From: an uncultured Acidimicrobiia bacterium
GTDB taxonomy: Bacteria; Actinomycetota; Acidimicrobiia; Acidimicrobiales; AC-14
Direction of reading: 5' to 3'
DNA: 64,000 bases
Assembly: GCA_963836205.1 (NCBI GenBank)
Contig: CAWIIV010000019.1
Coordinates: forward strand, 42,042 to 106,041
Notes under the pieces: model-generated
What the model saw: the letters and a program-made list of their open reading frames with translations, nothing else
What the model was told of the DNA's origin: nothing
Databases searched by the model: none
Program-made: the position numbers and the translations under genes
In this document: positions 21,123 to 31,550 of the stretch, in pieces
How the letters are laid out: every line of letters begins with the position of its first letter
Numbering within the stretch: the stretch's first letter is position 1

Positions 21123-24100
21123 CTAGGCCGGGGTGCGCACCTTCTCCGACACGACCTTGGACGAGCCGCCCGGCTGCAGGGTGACGCCGTAGAGAGAGTC
21201 GGCCGCCTCCATGGTGCGCTTCTGGTGGGTGACCACCACCAGCTGGGCCTCGTCGCGGAACTGGTGGAGGAGGTCGATGAAGCGGTGGAGGTTGACGTCG
21301 TCGAGGGCGGCCTCGACCTCGTCGAGGAGGTAGAAGGGCGACGGCCGGCTGCGGAAGACGGCGAACAGGAAGGCGATGGCGCACAGGGCCCGCTCCCCGC
21401 CCGAGAGCAGGGACAGCTTGCGCACGTTCTTGCCCGCGGGCCGGCAGTCGAGCTCGATGCCGGCGTCGAGGACGTGGTCGGGGTTGGTGATGTGCAACCG
21501 CCCCCGCCCGCCCGGGAAGAGGGTCTCGAACAGGTCTGCGAAGTGCTCGGTGACGTCGGCCAGGGCCGCGGTGAGCAGCTCCGCCATCTCCGCCTCCACC
21601 GCCCGGATGATCTTGACCAGCTCCCGGCGGGAGCCCTTGATGTCGTCGAGCTGGGTCGGTGAGGAAGTCGTGGCGCTCCTGCAGCGCCTCCAGCTCCTGG
21701 AGGGCGAGGGGGTTGACGGGGCCCATGAGGCGCAGCTCCCGTTCGAGGTCTCGGGCCCGGGCGGCGGCGTTGGTGCCCGGCGCCAGCGTCGGGCAGGAGG
21801 CGACCATGGCGTCCGACGGCTCGCAGTCGAGCTCCCGGCGCACCGCCTCCTCCGCCGTCTCCAGTCGCAGGCGGGCCTCGGCCGTCTCCAGCTCCACCCG
21901 TCCGGAGCGTTCCCGCAGCTCGCCCAGGCGCCGCTCGGACGCGTGGCGGCGGCTGCGGAGGCCGTCGAGGGCGGCCACCCCCTCGGCGGTGGCCCGGAGC
22001 TGGGCGTCGCGGCGCTGGCGGAGGTCGGCCAGGGCGGCGTCGATCTCGGCCAACCCCTCGTCGAGATGGGGACCGAGGCGGTCGAGGCCGGCCCTGGTGG
22101 CCAACAGTCCCGCCCGGCGGGACTCCGACTCCTGGCGGCGGGCGGCCGCACCCGCCAGGCGGGACTCCACCTCGGCCAGGCGGCGGGCCAGGGCCGAGCG
22201 GCTGTCGTGGAGGCCGGCGGCCCGCACCTCCAGCTCGGCCCGGAGCGCGACCAGGCCCTCGGCCCGGGACTGGATGCGCGTGCGGTCGGCCCGCTCTGAC
22301 GCCACCCGGGCCGCGCCCGCGGCCTCGTCCTCGTCGAGCGATGGGAGGAGGGACTCGAGCTCGGCCACCCGGGCCGCCTCCTGGGCGATCCGGTCGACGG
22401 TGCGGTCGCGCTGGGCCCGCACGTCGTCGATCTCACCCGCCAACCGGCGGGCGTCGGCCCGAGCGGTGGTGGCGGCGGCGTCGAGCTGGCGGTAGCGGCT
22501 GGCCGCGGCCGACGCCTCGGTGGCGCACCGGGCGGCGGTGGCGGTGGCGGTGCGGGCCGCTGCGGTGGCGTGGTGGAGCCGGTCGTCGGCCGCCGCCTTC
22601 GCCGCCGCCAGCTCGTCGACCCGGGCCCGGGCCTCGTCGAGGGCGGCCCGGGTGACTCCCGGCGCCCCCACCCCCAGTCGCCAGCCCACGGACGAGATGC
22701 GGTCGCCGGCCCGGGTGACCGCGACCACGTCGGGGAAGGCGAGGGTGACGTCGACCGCTTCCTCCCAGCCGCCGTCGACCACGACCACGCCGGCCAAGAG
22801 GTGGCGGAGGAGCCGCTCGACCCCGGGATGGCTCGACCGGACCACCGAGCGAAGGGGGCGGGCCGGGCAGTGGGGCGAGACCGCGGCCGGCGGGTCGAGG
22901 AGGGAGCTCAGGGGCAGCACGCCCGCGGGCAGGGCGCCCGCGCCCGCGCCGGCGCCGGCACCGGCGCCGGCCAGGCCGTCGAGCAGCCGGCGGCCGGTGG
23001 CGACGCCGTCGACCACCACCGCCCCCACCGCCTCCATCACCGCCGCCTCGAAGGCGGCCTCGAACCCGGGGTCGACGTCGACCAGGTCGAGCAGGGTGCC
23101 CATCACGCCGTCGACTCCCGCCAGGCGGTCGGTGTCGCCCCGGCCCCGGGCCTCGTCGACCGCCATGGCCAGGGCGTCGGCCCGCGCCACCCACGTGCGG
23201 TGCCCGGCCGCCGCTTCCCGGGCCGCACTCTCGGACGCGGCCAATTCCGCCTCCGCCGCCCTCCGCGCCCCCTCCGCCGCCTCCCGGGCCGCGGCCAAGT
23301 CGGACTCGGCCGCCGCCAGGCGGGCCAGCTCCAAGCTCACCCGGTCGGCCTCGTCGCCCAGGGCCGTGGCCCGGGTGTCGAGGCCGGCCAGGCGGTGCTC
23401 GAGCCGGGCCAGGTCGGCGCGACCCCGGTCGAGGTTGGCCCGGAGCGCCCCCAGCTCGCCCCGGGCCTCAGCGGCGACGTTGGCCCGGCTCGACGGCTCG
23501 CCCAGAGCAGCCCGCTCCTGGGCCAGGTCGGCCTCGCCCCGGGCCAGCTCGGCGAAGCGAGCGGCCATGGTGCCGGCGGCGGCCTCCACGTCGGCCAGCT
23601 CGGCCCGCAGCCGGGCGGCGTCGTCGTCGAGGGCGGCGAGGAGGGCGGAGTCGACGCTCACGGCCAGGTCCCGCTCGACCGACCGCCGGCGCTCGGCCAC
23701 CACCGCCACCAGTCCCCGGGTGCGCTCCCGCAGCGCCTCCAGCCGGCCTACGGTGTCACTCAGGCGGGCCCGGCCCAAGTCGGCCACCCGGATCTCGGCC
23801 GCCGCCACCGACGTGTCGAGCACCTCCAGCTCGGCCTTCAGCCCCACCTCCTCGCCCTCCAGGCCGGTGCGGGCCTGCACCGCGGCCTCGTGGCGGGCGG
23901 TGAGCACGGCCAGCTCCCGGCCCCGCAGGAACAGGCGCAGGGCGTGCAGCTCGCCCACCAGGTCGCCGTGGCGGCGGGCGGCCTCGGCCTGGCGCTCCAG
24001 GGGCCGCAGCTGGCGCCCGACCTCCCGCAGCAGGTCGGTGAGGCGGAGCAGGCTGGCCTCCGTCCCCTCCAGCCGCCGCTCCGCCTTCTCCTTGCGGCGG

Positions 24101-24615
24101 CGGAACTTGAGGATGCCCGCCGCCTCCTCCACGATCAGGCGCCGGTCCTCGGGACGGGAGTCGAGGACGGCATCGAGGTTCCCCTGGGACACGATGATGT
24201 GCTGCTGGCGGCCCACCCCGCTGTCGGACAGCAGCTCCTGGAGGTCGAGGAGCCGGCAGGGGACGCCGTTGAGCGTGTACTCGCTCTCCCCCGACGCGCG
24301 GAACAGCGTCCGGGTGATGGTGACCTCCCGGAAGTCGATCGGCAGCACCCCCCGGGTGTTGTCGATGGTGAGGCTCACCTCGGCCCGCCCGAGAGCGGGG
24401 CGGCGGCCGGTGCCGGCGAAGATGACGTCGTCCATCTTGCTGGACCGGACGGTGCGGGGGCCCTGGGCGCCCAGCACCCACGCCACCGCGTCGACCACGT
24501 TGGACTTGCCACTGCCGTTGGGGCCGACGACCACCGTGAGCCCGGGCTCGAACTCGAGGGTGGTCGACTCGGCGAAGGACTTGAAGCCCTTCAGGGTGAG
24601 CGAGCGAAGAAACAT
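21123..24615 (-). CDS. smc: Chromosome segregation protein SMC (frameshift near 21655)
   Basis: GFKSFA, GPNGSGKSN, coiled coils, GPVN..A..E; C-terminal LSGGERA, LDEVEAALDD.N, VTHQKRTM in the shifted frame. Confidence 0.95.
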
Positions 24616-24738
24616 CGGTCCCCCGAGGGTAGTTGGGCCTCCGACCCGTCCGGCGGACCCTTCCGGCCCCCGACCCCCTACAGTTTTCCTGTGAAAGTGC
24701 TAAAGCCCGACCCCACTCCTGCCGATAGGAGCGAGGAA

Positions 24739-25209
24739 ATGGGCGCGCCGGCGGTAACACCCACCCTTTTTCAGGCCCGGCCGGTGCGAGAGTCGACCCG
24801 GATCCGGCGCACGGGCATCTGGATGTCGGTCGTCGGGACGGTCCTCACCCTGCTCGGCGGCGTCACCGTCCTCGTCACCCGGGACGACTCTGGCGTCCCC
24901 GGCATCCTGACGGAAGACCGCCCCGCGGCCGCGGTCGAGGACGGGTCGGGCACCGTCACCACCGTCGTCGGCGCCCCCGCCACCAACCGCCCGCCGGGCA
25001 CCATCGACTCCGGCAGCCAGCCCGTCACCCCCCTCTCCCCGACTGCCCCGCCGCCCGCCACACCGGCGGAGGTGGCCCAGCTCCTCGCCGCCCTCCCCCT
25101 GCAACTCCAGCAGGCGGCCGACTCCAGTGGCCAACCCCACGAGCTGACTCCCGAGGAAGTCGACAAGTCGATCGACGACCTGTTGCGCCAGATCGGGGCC
25201 AAGCCCTGA
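24739..25209 (+). CDS. Hypothetical single-pass membrane protein
   Basis: GAGG RBS, one TM segment, Pro/Thr linker. Confidence 0.65.
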   Translation: MGAPAVTPTLFQARPVRESTRIRRTGIWMSVVGTVLTLLGGVTVLVTRDDSGVPGILTEDRPAAAVEDGSGTVTTVVGAPATNRPPGTIDSGSQPVTPLSPTAPPPATPAEVAQLLAALPLQLQQAADSSGQPHELTPEEVDKSIDDLLRQIGAKP

Positions 25210-25247
25210 TGGTGCGGCCCCACCACTCCCAGGAAGGAGGACGTCAG

Positions 25248-25751
25248 ATGCGCAGGACATCCGCCCGCTCGATGGGCATAGTCGCCGTCGGCTTCGGCGC
25301 CATCGCCGCGGTGAGCCTGGCTCTCCTGGTCCCCGCCGGCGCCGGGGCGGCCCAGACCACCCCCACCACCAGCACCACCGCCGCGCCCACGCTCATCGAG
25401 GCCATCTGCGGCCGGCTGCCCAACCTCATCGGCAACGTCGGCCTGGCTCTGCCTCAGGCCGAGGACGCGCTCACCGCCGCCCGGGCCGCGGTCGACGCCA
25501 GGCGGGAAGCCATGACCACGGCCATGGGAGAGCTGGCCGCCGCCGTCGTCGACCACCTCGGCGTCCTCGACGCCAAAGGCGACTCCACCGCCTCCGGCCG
25601 TGCCCTCAAGGCCAAGCAGGCCCAGTACGTCGGCGCCGTCGTCGCCTGGAGCAAGGCCCGCACCCAACTCTTCGACGGCGAGCAGCAGCTCGTCTTCGGC
25701 GAGCTCCAGCAGACCCTCCTCGACAGCGTCAACACCAACGCCTGCCCCTAG
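25248..25751 (+). CDS. Hypothetical secreted helical protein
   Basis: AAGGAGG RBS, signal peptide ending AGA-AQ, two Cys. Confidence 0.75.
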   Translation: MRRTSARSMGIVAVGFGAIAAVSLALLVPAGAGAAQTTPTTSTTAAPTLIEAICGRLPNLIGNVGLALPQAEDALTAARAAVDARREAMTTAMGELAAAVVDHLGVLDAKGDSTASGRALKAKQAQYVGAVVAWSKARTQLFDGEQQLVFGELQQTLLDSVNTNACP

Positions 25752-25787
25752 CGCGACTCCGAAACGGGGCTTGGCCGGGCCGGGTCC

Positions 25788-26630
25788 TCAGACCTGGCAC
25801 TGCTCGCAGAGGAACGAAGAGCGGCCGTTGACCTTGACCTTGACGATGGTGCTGCGGCAGCGGCGGCAGGCCTGGCCGGCCCGGTCGTAGACCTTGTGCT
25901 CCTTCTGGTACTCGCCGATGGCCCCGAACAGGTCGCGGTACTGCTCGTCGGCGAGGGACGAGCCCCGGTGCTTGATCGCGTCCTGCAACGTCTCCACCAT
26001 GGCCCGGTAAAGGCGGCGGACCTCCTGCGACGACAGCGTCTCCGACGAGCGGTCGTAGCGCAGCCCGGCCGCCCACAGGATCTCGTCGCTGTAGATGTTG
26101 CCGATGCCGGCCACGAACTTCTGGTCCATGAGCAGGGATTTGAGCTTGGTCTTGCGGGCGGTGAGCAGCTCGCCGAACCGCACCCACGACATCATGTCGT
26201 CGACGGGGTCGAACCCGAGGTGGGCCAGCTCCGGCACCTGGTCGGCCAGGGCCTCGGGCGTGGTGACGAAGAGCTCGCCGAACGTGCGGGGGTCGACGAA
26301 GCGCAGCAGCCCGCCCTGGGTGAAGGTGATCACCGCGTGGGTGTGCTTGGGGTCGGGGTCGCGGACCCCGCCCTTGCCCCGCAGCAGTTGGCCGCTCATG
26401 CCCAGGTGGACGACGAGGACGTCGCCGCCCTCCAGTCGGAGCAGCAGGTACTTGCCCCGCCGCTCGACGGCGGTGATCTTGTGACCTTCGAGGCGGGCCA
26501 CGAAGTCGGCGTTGTCGGGGTGGCGACGGATCGACCGGGTGCCCTCCACCACGACCGACTTGATGCGCCGGCCGACGACCTCCTTGTCGAGGTCGCGCTT
26601 GAGGGTCTCGACCTCGGGCAGCTCAGGCAT
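25788..26630 (-). CDS. mutM: Formamidopyrimidine-DNA glycosylase
   Basis: MPELPEVET, RRGKY, HLGMSG, DPRTFG, GIGNIYSDE, C-terminal zinc finger. Confidence 0.97.
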   Translation of the reverse strand: MPELPEVETLKRDLDKEVVGRRIKSVVVEGTRSIRRHPDNADFVARLEGHKITAVERRGKYLLLRLEGGDVLVVHLGMSGQLLRGKGGVRDPDPKHTHAVITFTQGGLLRFVDPRTFGELFVTTPEALADQVPELAHLGFDPVDDMMSWVRFGELLTARKTKLKSLLMDQKFVAGIGNIYSDEILWAAGLRYDRSSETLSSQEVRRLYRAMVETLQDAIKHRGSSLADEQYRDLFGAIGEYQKEHKVYDRAGQACRRCRSTIVKVKVNGRSSFLCEQCQV

Positions 26631-27462
26631 CGGATTCGTCCGCCGACGGGTCGTCGAGCCCAAGGGACTCGACGGGCTCGACCGACTCGACCGGCTCGAT
26701 CGGCTCGACCGGCTCGACCGGCTCGACCAACTCGACCGGCTCGACCAAGTCGACGGGCTCGACCGGAAGCGCCGGCTCCGACAGCCCCTGCCACGCGATC
26801 CGGGCCGCGGCCTGCTCCGCCTGCTTCTTCGACCGTCCCTCGCCCAGGCCGTACTCCACGCCCCCGATCGACACCCGGGCGGTGAAGCGCTTGGCGTGGT
26901 CGGGGCCCTCGGACACCACGTCGTACTGCGGCAGCTCGTCGAAGCGGCGGGCGGCCAGCTCCTGGAGCCGGGTCTTGAAGTCGTGGCCGCCGGGTCCGGC
27001 CGCGGCCTCGGTCATGCGTTCGCCCAGCAGGTCCATGACCAGCGTCGACGCGCCGTCCCACCCCCCGTCGAGGTAGACGGCGCCGATCACCGCCTCCATG
27101 GCGTCGGAGAGGATCGAGGGCTTCTCCCGCCCGCCCGACGAGTCCTCGCCCTTGCCCAGGCGCACTGCCTCGCCCAGGCGCAGCTCGGTCGCGGCCTCGG
27201 CCAGCACGCCGGCGTTCACCACCGCCGCCCGCACCTGGGCCAGGTGGCCCTCGGGCAGGTCGGGGTAGGTGCGGTACAGGTAGGCGGTGACGACCAGCCC
27301 GAGGACGCTGTCGCCCAGGAACTCCAACCGCTCGTTCGACAGCTCGCCCGGGCTCTCGGCGCACCAGGAGCGGTGGCAGAGCGCCCGCGCCAGCAGCGTG
27401 GGATCGGCGAAAGGACGACCGAGCCGCTCAACCAGGGCGTCGAGTTGTTCGCGGTGGCTCAG
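26623..27462 (-). CDS. rnc: Ribonuclease III (probable CTG start)
   Basis: RALCHRS, NERLEFLGD, DAMEAVIGA, dsRBD KTRLQE..GPDH.K.F..G.G.SKKQAEQ. The only plausible start upstream of the signature is CTG, overlapping the acpP TGA. Confidence 0.93.
   Translation of the reverse strand: MSHREQLDALVERLGRPFADPTLLARALCHRSWCAESPGELSNERLEFLGDSVLGLVVTAYLYRTYPDLPEGHLAQVRAAVVNAGVLAEAATELRLGEAVRLGKGEDSSGGREKPSILSDAMEAVIGAVYLDGGWDGASTLVMDLLGERMTEAAAGPGGHDFKTRLQELAARRFDELPQYDVVSEGPDHAKRFTARVSIGGVEYGLGEGRSKKQAEQAAARIAWQGLSEPALPVEPVDLVEPVELVEPVEPVEPIEPVESVEPVESLGLDDPSADESDA
26668..26766 (-). repeat. 9-bp tandem repeat encoding the (EPV)n tail of RNase III
   Basis: About 11 degenerate CTCGACCGG units. Confidence 0.85.
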
Positions 27463-27782
27463 GACTTCGAAGCGCCGCCGGCGCGCTCGACCACGTAGTC
27501 GACCGCGTCACGCACGGTCTTGAGATCTTCGAGGTCCTCGTCCTCGATGCGGAAACCGGCGGAGCGCTCGGTCATCTCCTCTTCGATGGCCTCGACCAGC
27601 TCGATCAGGGCCAGGGAGTCGGCGTCGAGGTCGTCGGTGAACGACGCCCCCTCGCTGATGGCGGAGGGCTCGATCTCGAGGATGTCGGCCAACCGCTCAC
27701 GGATCAGGGTGAAAACGGCCTGGCGGTCGAAAGGGCCCCCGTTGGAGGTCTCTTCATTCGATGTCGGGGTCACGGCGGGCAC
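27459..27782 (-). CDS. acpP: Acyl carrier protein
   Basis: F.DDL.ADSL.LIELV..IEE, LKTVRDAVDYV; lies between plsX and rnc. Confidence 0.9.
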   Translation of the reverse strand: MPAVTPTSNEETSNGGPFDRQAVFTLIRERLADILEIEPSAISEGASFTDDLDADSLALIELVEAIEEEMTERSAGFRIEDEDLEDLKTVRDAVDYVVERAGGASKS

Positions 27783-27866
27783 GGCCGGTAAAGCTCCTGA
27801 GTGGCGGACTGGGACCGGCTGATGGTACCGGTTTTCGCGCTTGTGCGCTTGTGAACGGGCCCGCCC

Positions 27867-28910
27867 TCAGGCGTCGGCGACCGACTCCCGGATCCGGCCC
27901 ACCATGTCGGCCAGGACCATCTCCCGGGCCAGGCCGACGGCGTTGAAGATCGCCCGCCGCGACGACGATCCGTGGCTGATGATGCACAGCCCGTCGACGC
28001 CCAGGAGCATGGCCCCGCCGTAGGACTCGGGGTCGAGCTCGGCGTTGAGGGGGAGGAGCAGGGGTAGCAGCACGTTGGTGGCCTGGCGGGCCTCCTCGGT
28101 CGACGTCATCACCCGCAGGAGGGTGTCGAGGAGGAAGCGGGTGCCGCCCTCCAGGGTCTTGAGGACGACGTTGCCGGTGAAGCCGTCGGTGACGACCACG
28201 TCGACCCTGTCGGAAAGGACGTCGCGGCCCTCGACGTTGCCGATGAACTTCCCCGATGTGCGCAGGCAGCCGGGCTGGGCCAGCAGGGTGTGGGTCTCCT
28301 TGACCAGGGCCGATCCCTTGCCCGGCTCCTCGCCGATCGACAGCAGGCCCACCCGGGGCTCGTCGAGCTTGAACCGCTCGGCCGCGTACACGGCCCCCAT
28401 CTGGGCGAACTGCACCAGCCAGCTGGCCGTGCAGTCGGCGTTGGCGCCCCCGTCGAGCAGGACAGTGGGGATGGCGCCCGGCACGGGGATCACGGTGGCG
28501 ATGGCGGGCCGGGCCACGCCCTTGACCCGTCCCATGCGCAGCAGTGCACTGGCCATGGCCGCCCCGGTGTTGCCGGCGGACACCATCGCCGACGCCCGCC
28601 CGTCGCGCACCGCCTCCGCCGCCCGCACGACCGACGAGTCCTTCTTGCGGCGCACACCCCCGGCCGGGTCCTCGTGCATGTCGACGACCTCGCTCGCCTC
28701 CAGCACCTCGAGGCCCCAGGTGTTCCCCATGACCTCGCGCCGGCCGACCAGCAGGATGGGGACGCCGAGCTCCTCCGCCGCCTGGCGGGCGCCGGCGACG
28801 ATCTCCAGAGGCCCCTGGTCGGCGCCCATGACGTCGACCGCGATGGGAAGGAGGGCGGGCGTCGGGCGCGACGGGTCGATGCCCTGGGGGGGACTGTCCG
28901 GGCTGGTCAT
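27867..28910 (-). CDS. plsX: Phosphate acyltransferase PlsX
   Basis: IAVDVMG.D, RRKKDSS, SAGNTGA, RPAIA, LDGGAN, GNVEG.D, DGFTGNV.LK, ISHGSS. Confidence 0.97.
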   Translation of the reverse strand: MTSPDSPPQGIDPSRPTPALLPIAVDVMGADQGPLEIVAGARQAAEELGVPILLVGRREVMGNTWGLEVLEASEVVDMHEDPAGGVRRKKDSSVVRAAEAVRDGRASAMVSAGNTGAAMASALLRMGRVKGVARPAIATVIPVPGAIPTVLLDGGANADCTASWLVQFAQMGAVYAAERFKLDEPRVGLLSIGEEPGKGSALVKETHTLLAQPGCLRTSGKFIGNVEGRDVLSDRVDVVVTDGFTGNVVLKTLEGGTRFLLDTLLRVMTSTEEARQATNVLLPLLLPLNAELDPESYGGAMLLGVDGLCIISHGSSSRRAIFNAVGLAREMVLADMVGRIRESVADA

Positions 28911-28935
28911 GCCGGGCGCCGGATCGTAGGGGGTA

Positions 28936-29115
28936 CTAGTCGACGTCGATGGCTTGGCGACCGCCGTACCAGCCGCAGTTGGGGCACACCACGTGGGGTC
29001 GCTTGACCTGGCGGCACTGCGGGCAGGTGCTCTGGGCGGGTGCCGCCAAGCGCCAGTTCGATGCCCGGCGACTGCGGCTCTTGGCCTTCGACGTCTTCTT
29101 CTTGGGGACAGCCAT
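28936..29115 (-). CDS. rpmF: 50S ribosomal protein L32
   Basis: MAVPKKKTSK..SRSRRA, CPQC...PHVVCPNCGWY. Confidence 0.97.
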   Translation of the reverse strand: MAVPKKKTSKAKSRSRRASNWRLAAPAQSTCPQCRQVKRPHVVCPNCGWYGGRQAIDVD

Positions 29116-29141
29116 GGAGGTTCGATGGTAGTCCCATTGGG

Positions 29142-29654
29142 CTACTCGGTCGGCGGGTCGGCCAGAAATCCCTCCAAGGCCGCCCACCGGGGGTCGAGGT
29201 CGGCGGGGTCGCACCCGCACGGGCCGAGGTTGAGGTCGGCCCCGCAGGTGGCGCACAGGCCCCGGCAGTCGGCGGCGCACAGGGGCACCAATGGCAGCTC
29301 CAGCAGGACGTGCTCCCGAACGAGGGGCTCCACGTCGATGGTGTCGTGGCCCAGGCGGTAGCTCTCGCCCTCCCGGGGCGCCCTCTCGAACAGCTCCCGG
29401 AACTCGAAGTCGACCCGCCCCGCGGCCGGCCCCAGGCACCGGGTGCAGTCGGCCCGCCAGGGGGCGGAGATGGTGCCGCTGGCCAGCAGCCCGTCGGTGA
29501 CCCACTCCAGGGTCGTGACCACGTCGAGATCCTCGTCGGCCGGCACCTCGGCCACGCCCACCTTGAGCCCCGGCAGCCTGCCCCTCAGCCGCTCCCGTCG
29601 GCGGGCGGCGGGCTTGTGGACGAGATCGGCGACGTTGACGACGAAAGGCCGCAT
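29142..29654 (-). CDS. YceD/DUF177 family protein
   Basis: CTRCL, PLC...CRGLC..CG..LN...C.C, DPRWAAL; upstream of rpmF. Confidence 0.93.
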   Translation of the reverse strand: MRPFVVNVADLVHKPAARRRERLRGRLPGLKVGVAEVPADEDLDVVTTLEWVTDGLLASGTISAPWRADCTRCLGPAAGRVDFEFRELFERAPREGESYRLGHDTIDVEPLVREHVLLELPLVPLCAADCRGLCATCGADLNLGPCGCDPADLDPRWAALEGFLADPPTE

Positions 29655-29667
29655 AGGAAAGAGAGTC

Positions 29668-30219
29668 TCACCACTGGTCCTGGTCGAAGAACACCTCGCC
29701 GGTGTCGGGCTCGCCCTCGGCCCGCACCGTCTGGTCGCCCTCCTGGGGCCCGGGCAGGGGCGTCACCCGGAGCTTGGCCCGGCCCGCGCCCACCGTCTTG
29801 GTGATGCGTTCGAGGACTGTCTCGAAGCTGGCCAGCTTCTGGTCGCAGTAGTCCTCGGCCTCGTGGCGCAGGCGGCGGGACTCGTCGTTGGCCTCCTCCA
29901 CCGTGCGCCGGGCCACCCGCTGGGCCTCCCGCACCAGCTCGGTGCGCTGGACGATGCGCTCGGCCCGCTCCCGGGCCGCGGCCAGGATGTCGTCGGCCTC
30001 CCGCTGCACCTTGGCCAGGTACTCGGCCCGCTCCTTCAGCAGCCACCGGGCCTGGCGCATCTCCTCCGGCAGGCGGGCGATGGCCTCCTCCAGGAGCTCC
30101 ACCACCTCGTCCTTCTCCAGCCGCACGGTGGACGACAGGGGCATCTTGGGGGCGCTGTTGATGAGATCGAGCACCCGCCGGAGCAGGACCTCGCTGTCGG
30201 GCGGCTCCACGATGCTCAC
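29668..30219 (-). CDS. Coiled-coil DivIVA-like protein (SepIVA/YlmF type)
   Basis: A.KMPLS, LPEE.RQA.WLLKER, EAEDYCDQKL..FE; conserved position between coaD and yceD. Confidence 0.8.
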   Translation of the reverse strand: MSIVEPPDSEVLLRRVLDLINSAPKMPLSSTVRLEKDEVVELLEEAIARLPEEMRQARWLLKERAEYLAKVQREADDILAAARERAERIVQRTELVREAQRVARRTVEEANDESRRLRHEAEDYCDQKLASFETVLERITKTVGAGRAKLRVTPLPGPQEGDQTVRAEGEPDTGEVFFDQDQW

Positions 30220-30836
30220 TTCTCGACCCGGCCCACGGTCTCGACCCGGCCCACGGTCTCGACCCGGCCCACGGTCTCGACCCGGCCCACGGTCTCGACC
30301 CGGCCCACGGTCTCGACCCGGCCCACGGTCTCGACCCGGCCCACGGTCTCGACCCGGCTCACGTTCTCGAACCGGCCCCGCAGCCGCTCGGCGACCGTGG
30401 TGGGGACCATCGACGACACGTCGCCCCCGAAGCGGGCCACCTCCCGCACCAGGCTGGAGGACAGGAACGAGTACTCGGGCGTGGTGGGCATGAACAGCGT
30501 CTCGATCCCGGACAGGCGGTAGTTGAGCTGGGCCATCTGGAGCTCGTATTCGAAGTCGGACACGGCCCGCAGCCCCTTGACGATGGCGCTGACCCCCCGG
30601 TCGAGGGCGTAGTCGACGAGGAGCCCCTCGAACTCGTCGACCTTGAGGTTGGGCAGGTGTCCGGTGACCTCGGCCAGCATCTCGGTGCGCTCGACGAGGG
30701 TGAAGACGGTGGACTTGTGGGGGTTCTCAACCACCGCCACCAGCACCTCGTCGAACAGGCGGGCGCTGCGCTCGATGACGTCGAGGTGCCCGAACGTCAC
30801 CGGGTCGAAGGAGCCGGGTATGAGGGCCCTGGTCAT
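30216..30836 (-). CDS. coaD: Phosphopantetheine adenylyltransferase
   Basis: PGSFDPVT.GHLD, KGLRAVSDFEYELQMA, SSSLVREVA. Confidence 0.97.
   Translation of the reverse strand: MTRALIPGSFDPVTFGHLDVIERSARLFDEVLVAVVENPHKSTVFTLVERTEMLAEVTGHLPNLKVDEFEGLLVDYALDRGVSAIVKGLRAVSDFEYELQMAQLNYRLSGIETLFMPTTPEYSFLSSSLVREVARFGGDVSSMVPTTVAERLRGRFENVSRVETVGRVETVGRVETVGRVETVGRVETVGRVETVGRVETVGRVEK
30221..30364. repeat. 18-bp VNTR (7 perfect copies plus 1 variant) adding (GRVETV)n to the CoaD C-terminus
   Basis: TCTCGACCCGGCCCACGG starts at 30221, 30239, 30257, 30275, 30293, 30311 and 30329; a variant starts at 30347. Confidence 0.95.
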
Positions 30837-31390
30837 CCGGCTGCCTCCCCCTCCTGCTCCGCGGCGTCGCCTTGCTGGCGGCGCACGAGGGTCACCACCG
30901 TATCGCCATGGCGGCGGGATCTGAGGGCCGCCCACGGCAGGTGGATGTCGATGTGGTCGCCGGTCTCGAGGACGGCCAGGCGGGCGGGGAGGGCGGCCAG
31001 CAGGCGGGGCCACTCGTCGAACGCGTACGGCGGGTCGACGAGGGCGAGGTCGAACGTCTCCTTGGTGGACTCGACGAAGCGGAGCGCGTCGCCGAGGACG
31101 ACCTTGGCCTCGCCCCCCAGGCCGGTGGTGGCCAGGTTCTGCTCGACGGCCCGGACGGCGGCGTGGTCGGCGTCGACGAACGTCGCCGACGCCGCCCCCC
31201 GGGACAGAGCTTCGATGCCAAGGGCACCGGTGCCGGCGAACAGGTCGAGGACGCGGGCGTCGCGGATGGCGTCGATGCTGGTCAGGGACGAGAACATCGC
31301 CTCCCGCACCCGGTCGGTGGTGGGTCGCAGCCGCCGCCCGGGCGGCGCCAGCAGCCGCCGGCCTCCAGCCACTCCGGCGACAACTCTCAT
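30833..31390 (-). CDS. rsmD: 16S rRNA (guanine966-N2)-methyltransferase
   Basis: MRVVAG...GRRL, RPTTDRVREAMF, LDLFAGTGALGIEALSRGA, DPPY. Confidence 0.96.
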   Translation of the reverse strand: MRVVAGVAGGRRLLAPPGRRLRPTTDRVREAMFSSLTSIDAIRDARVLDLFAGTGALGIEALSRGAASATFVDADHAAVRAVEQNLATTGLGGEAKVVLGDALRFVESTKETFDLALVDPPYAFDEWPRLLAALPARLAVLETGDHIDIHLPWAALRSRRHGDTVVTLVRRQQGDAAEQEGEAAG

Positions 31391-31421
31391 GGCCGGACTC
31401 TCATGGCCGGACTCTCATGGC
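31383..31421. repeat. 14-bp tandem repeat spanning the rsmD start codon
   Basis: ACTCTCATGGCCGG x2 followed by ACTCTCATGGC. Confidence 0.9.
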
Positions 31422-31550
31422 TGCTCACGGTACCGGTCCCGTCCCGATGTTCTGGCCGGGTATCTCACTCGCCGCCCACGGCCGACCACCGGGAGTGTGA
31501 TCTGCGGCGTGGCGGGGTAAGGTGGCGGCAAGCGAGTGAAGGAGGCGACG

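Noticed and set aside
19351-24615. 1754-aa SMC-DoxX fusion in the ORF track
   Set aside because: Artefact of the smc frameshift reading through ftsY out of frame into a separate downstream gene.
30221-30364. CRISPR or iteron array
   Set aside because: Head-to-tail repeats without spacers, in frame inside coaD; this is a coding VNTR.
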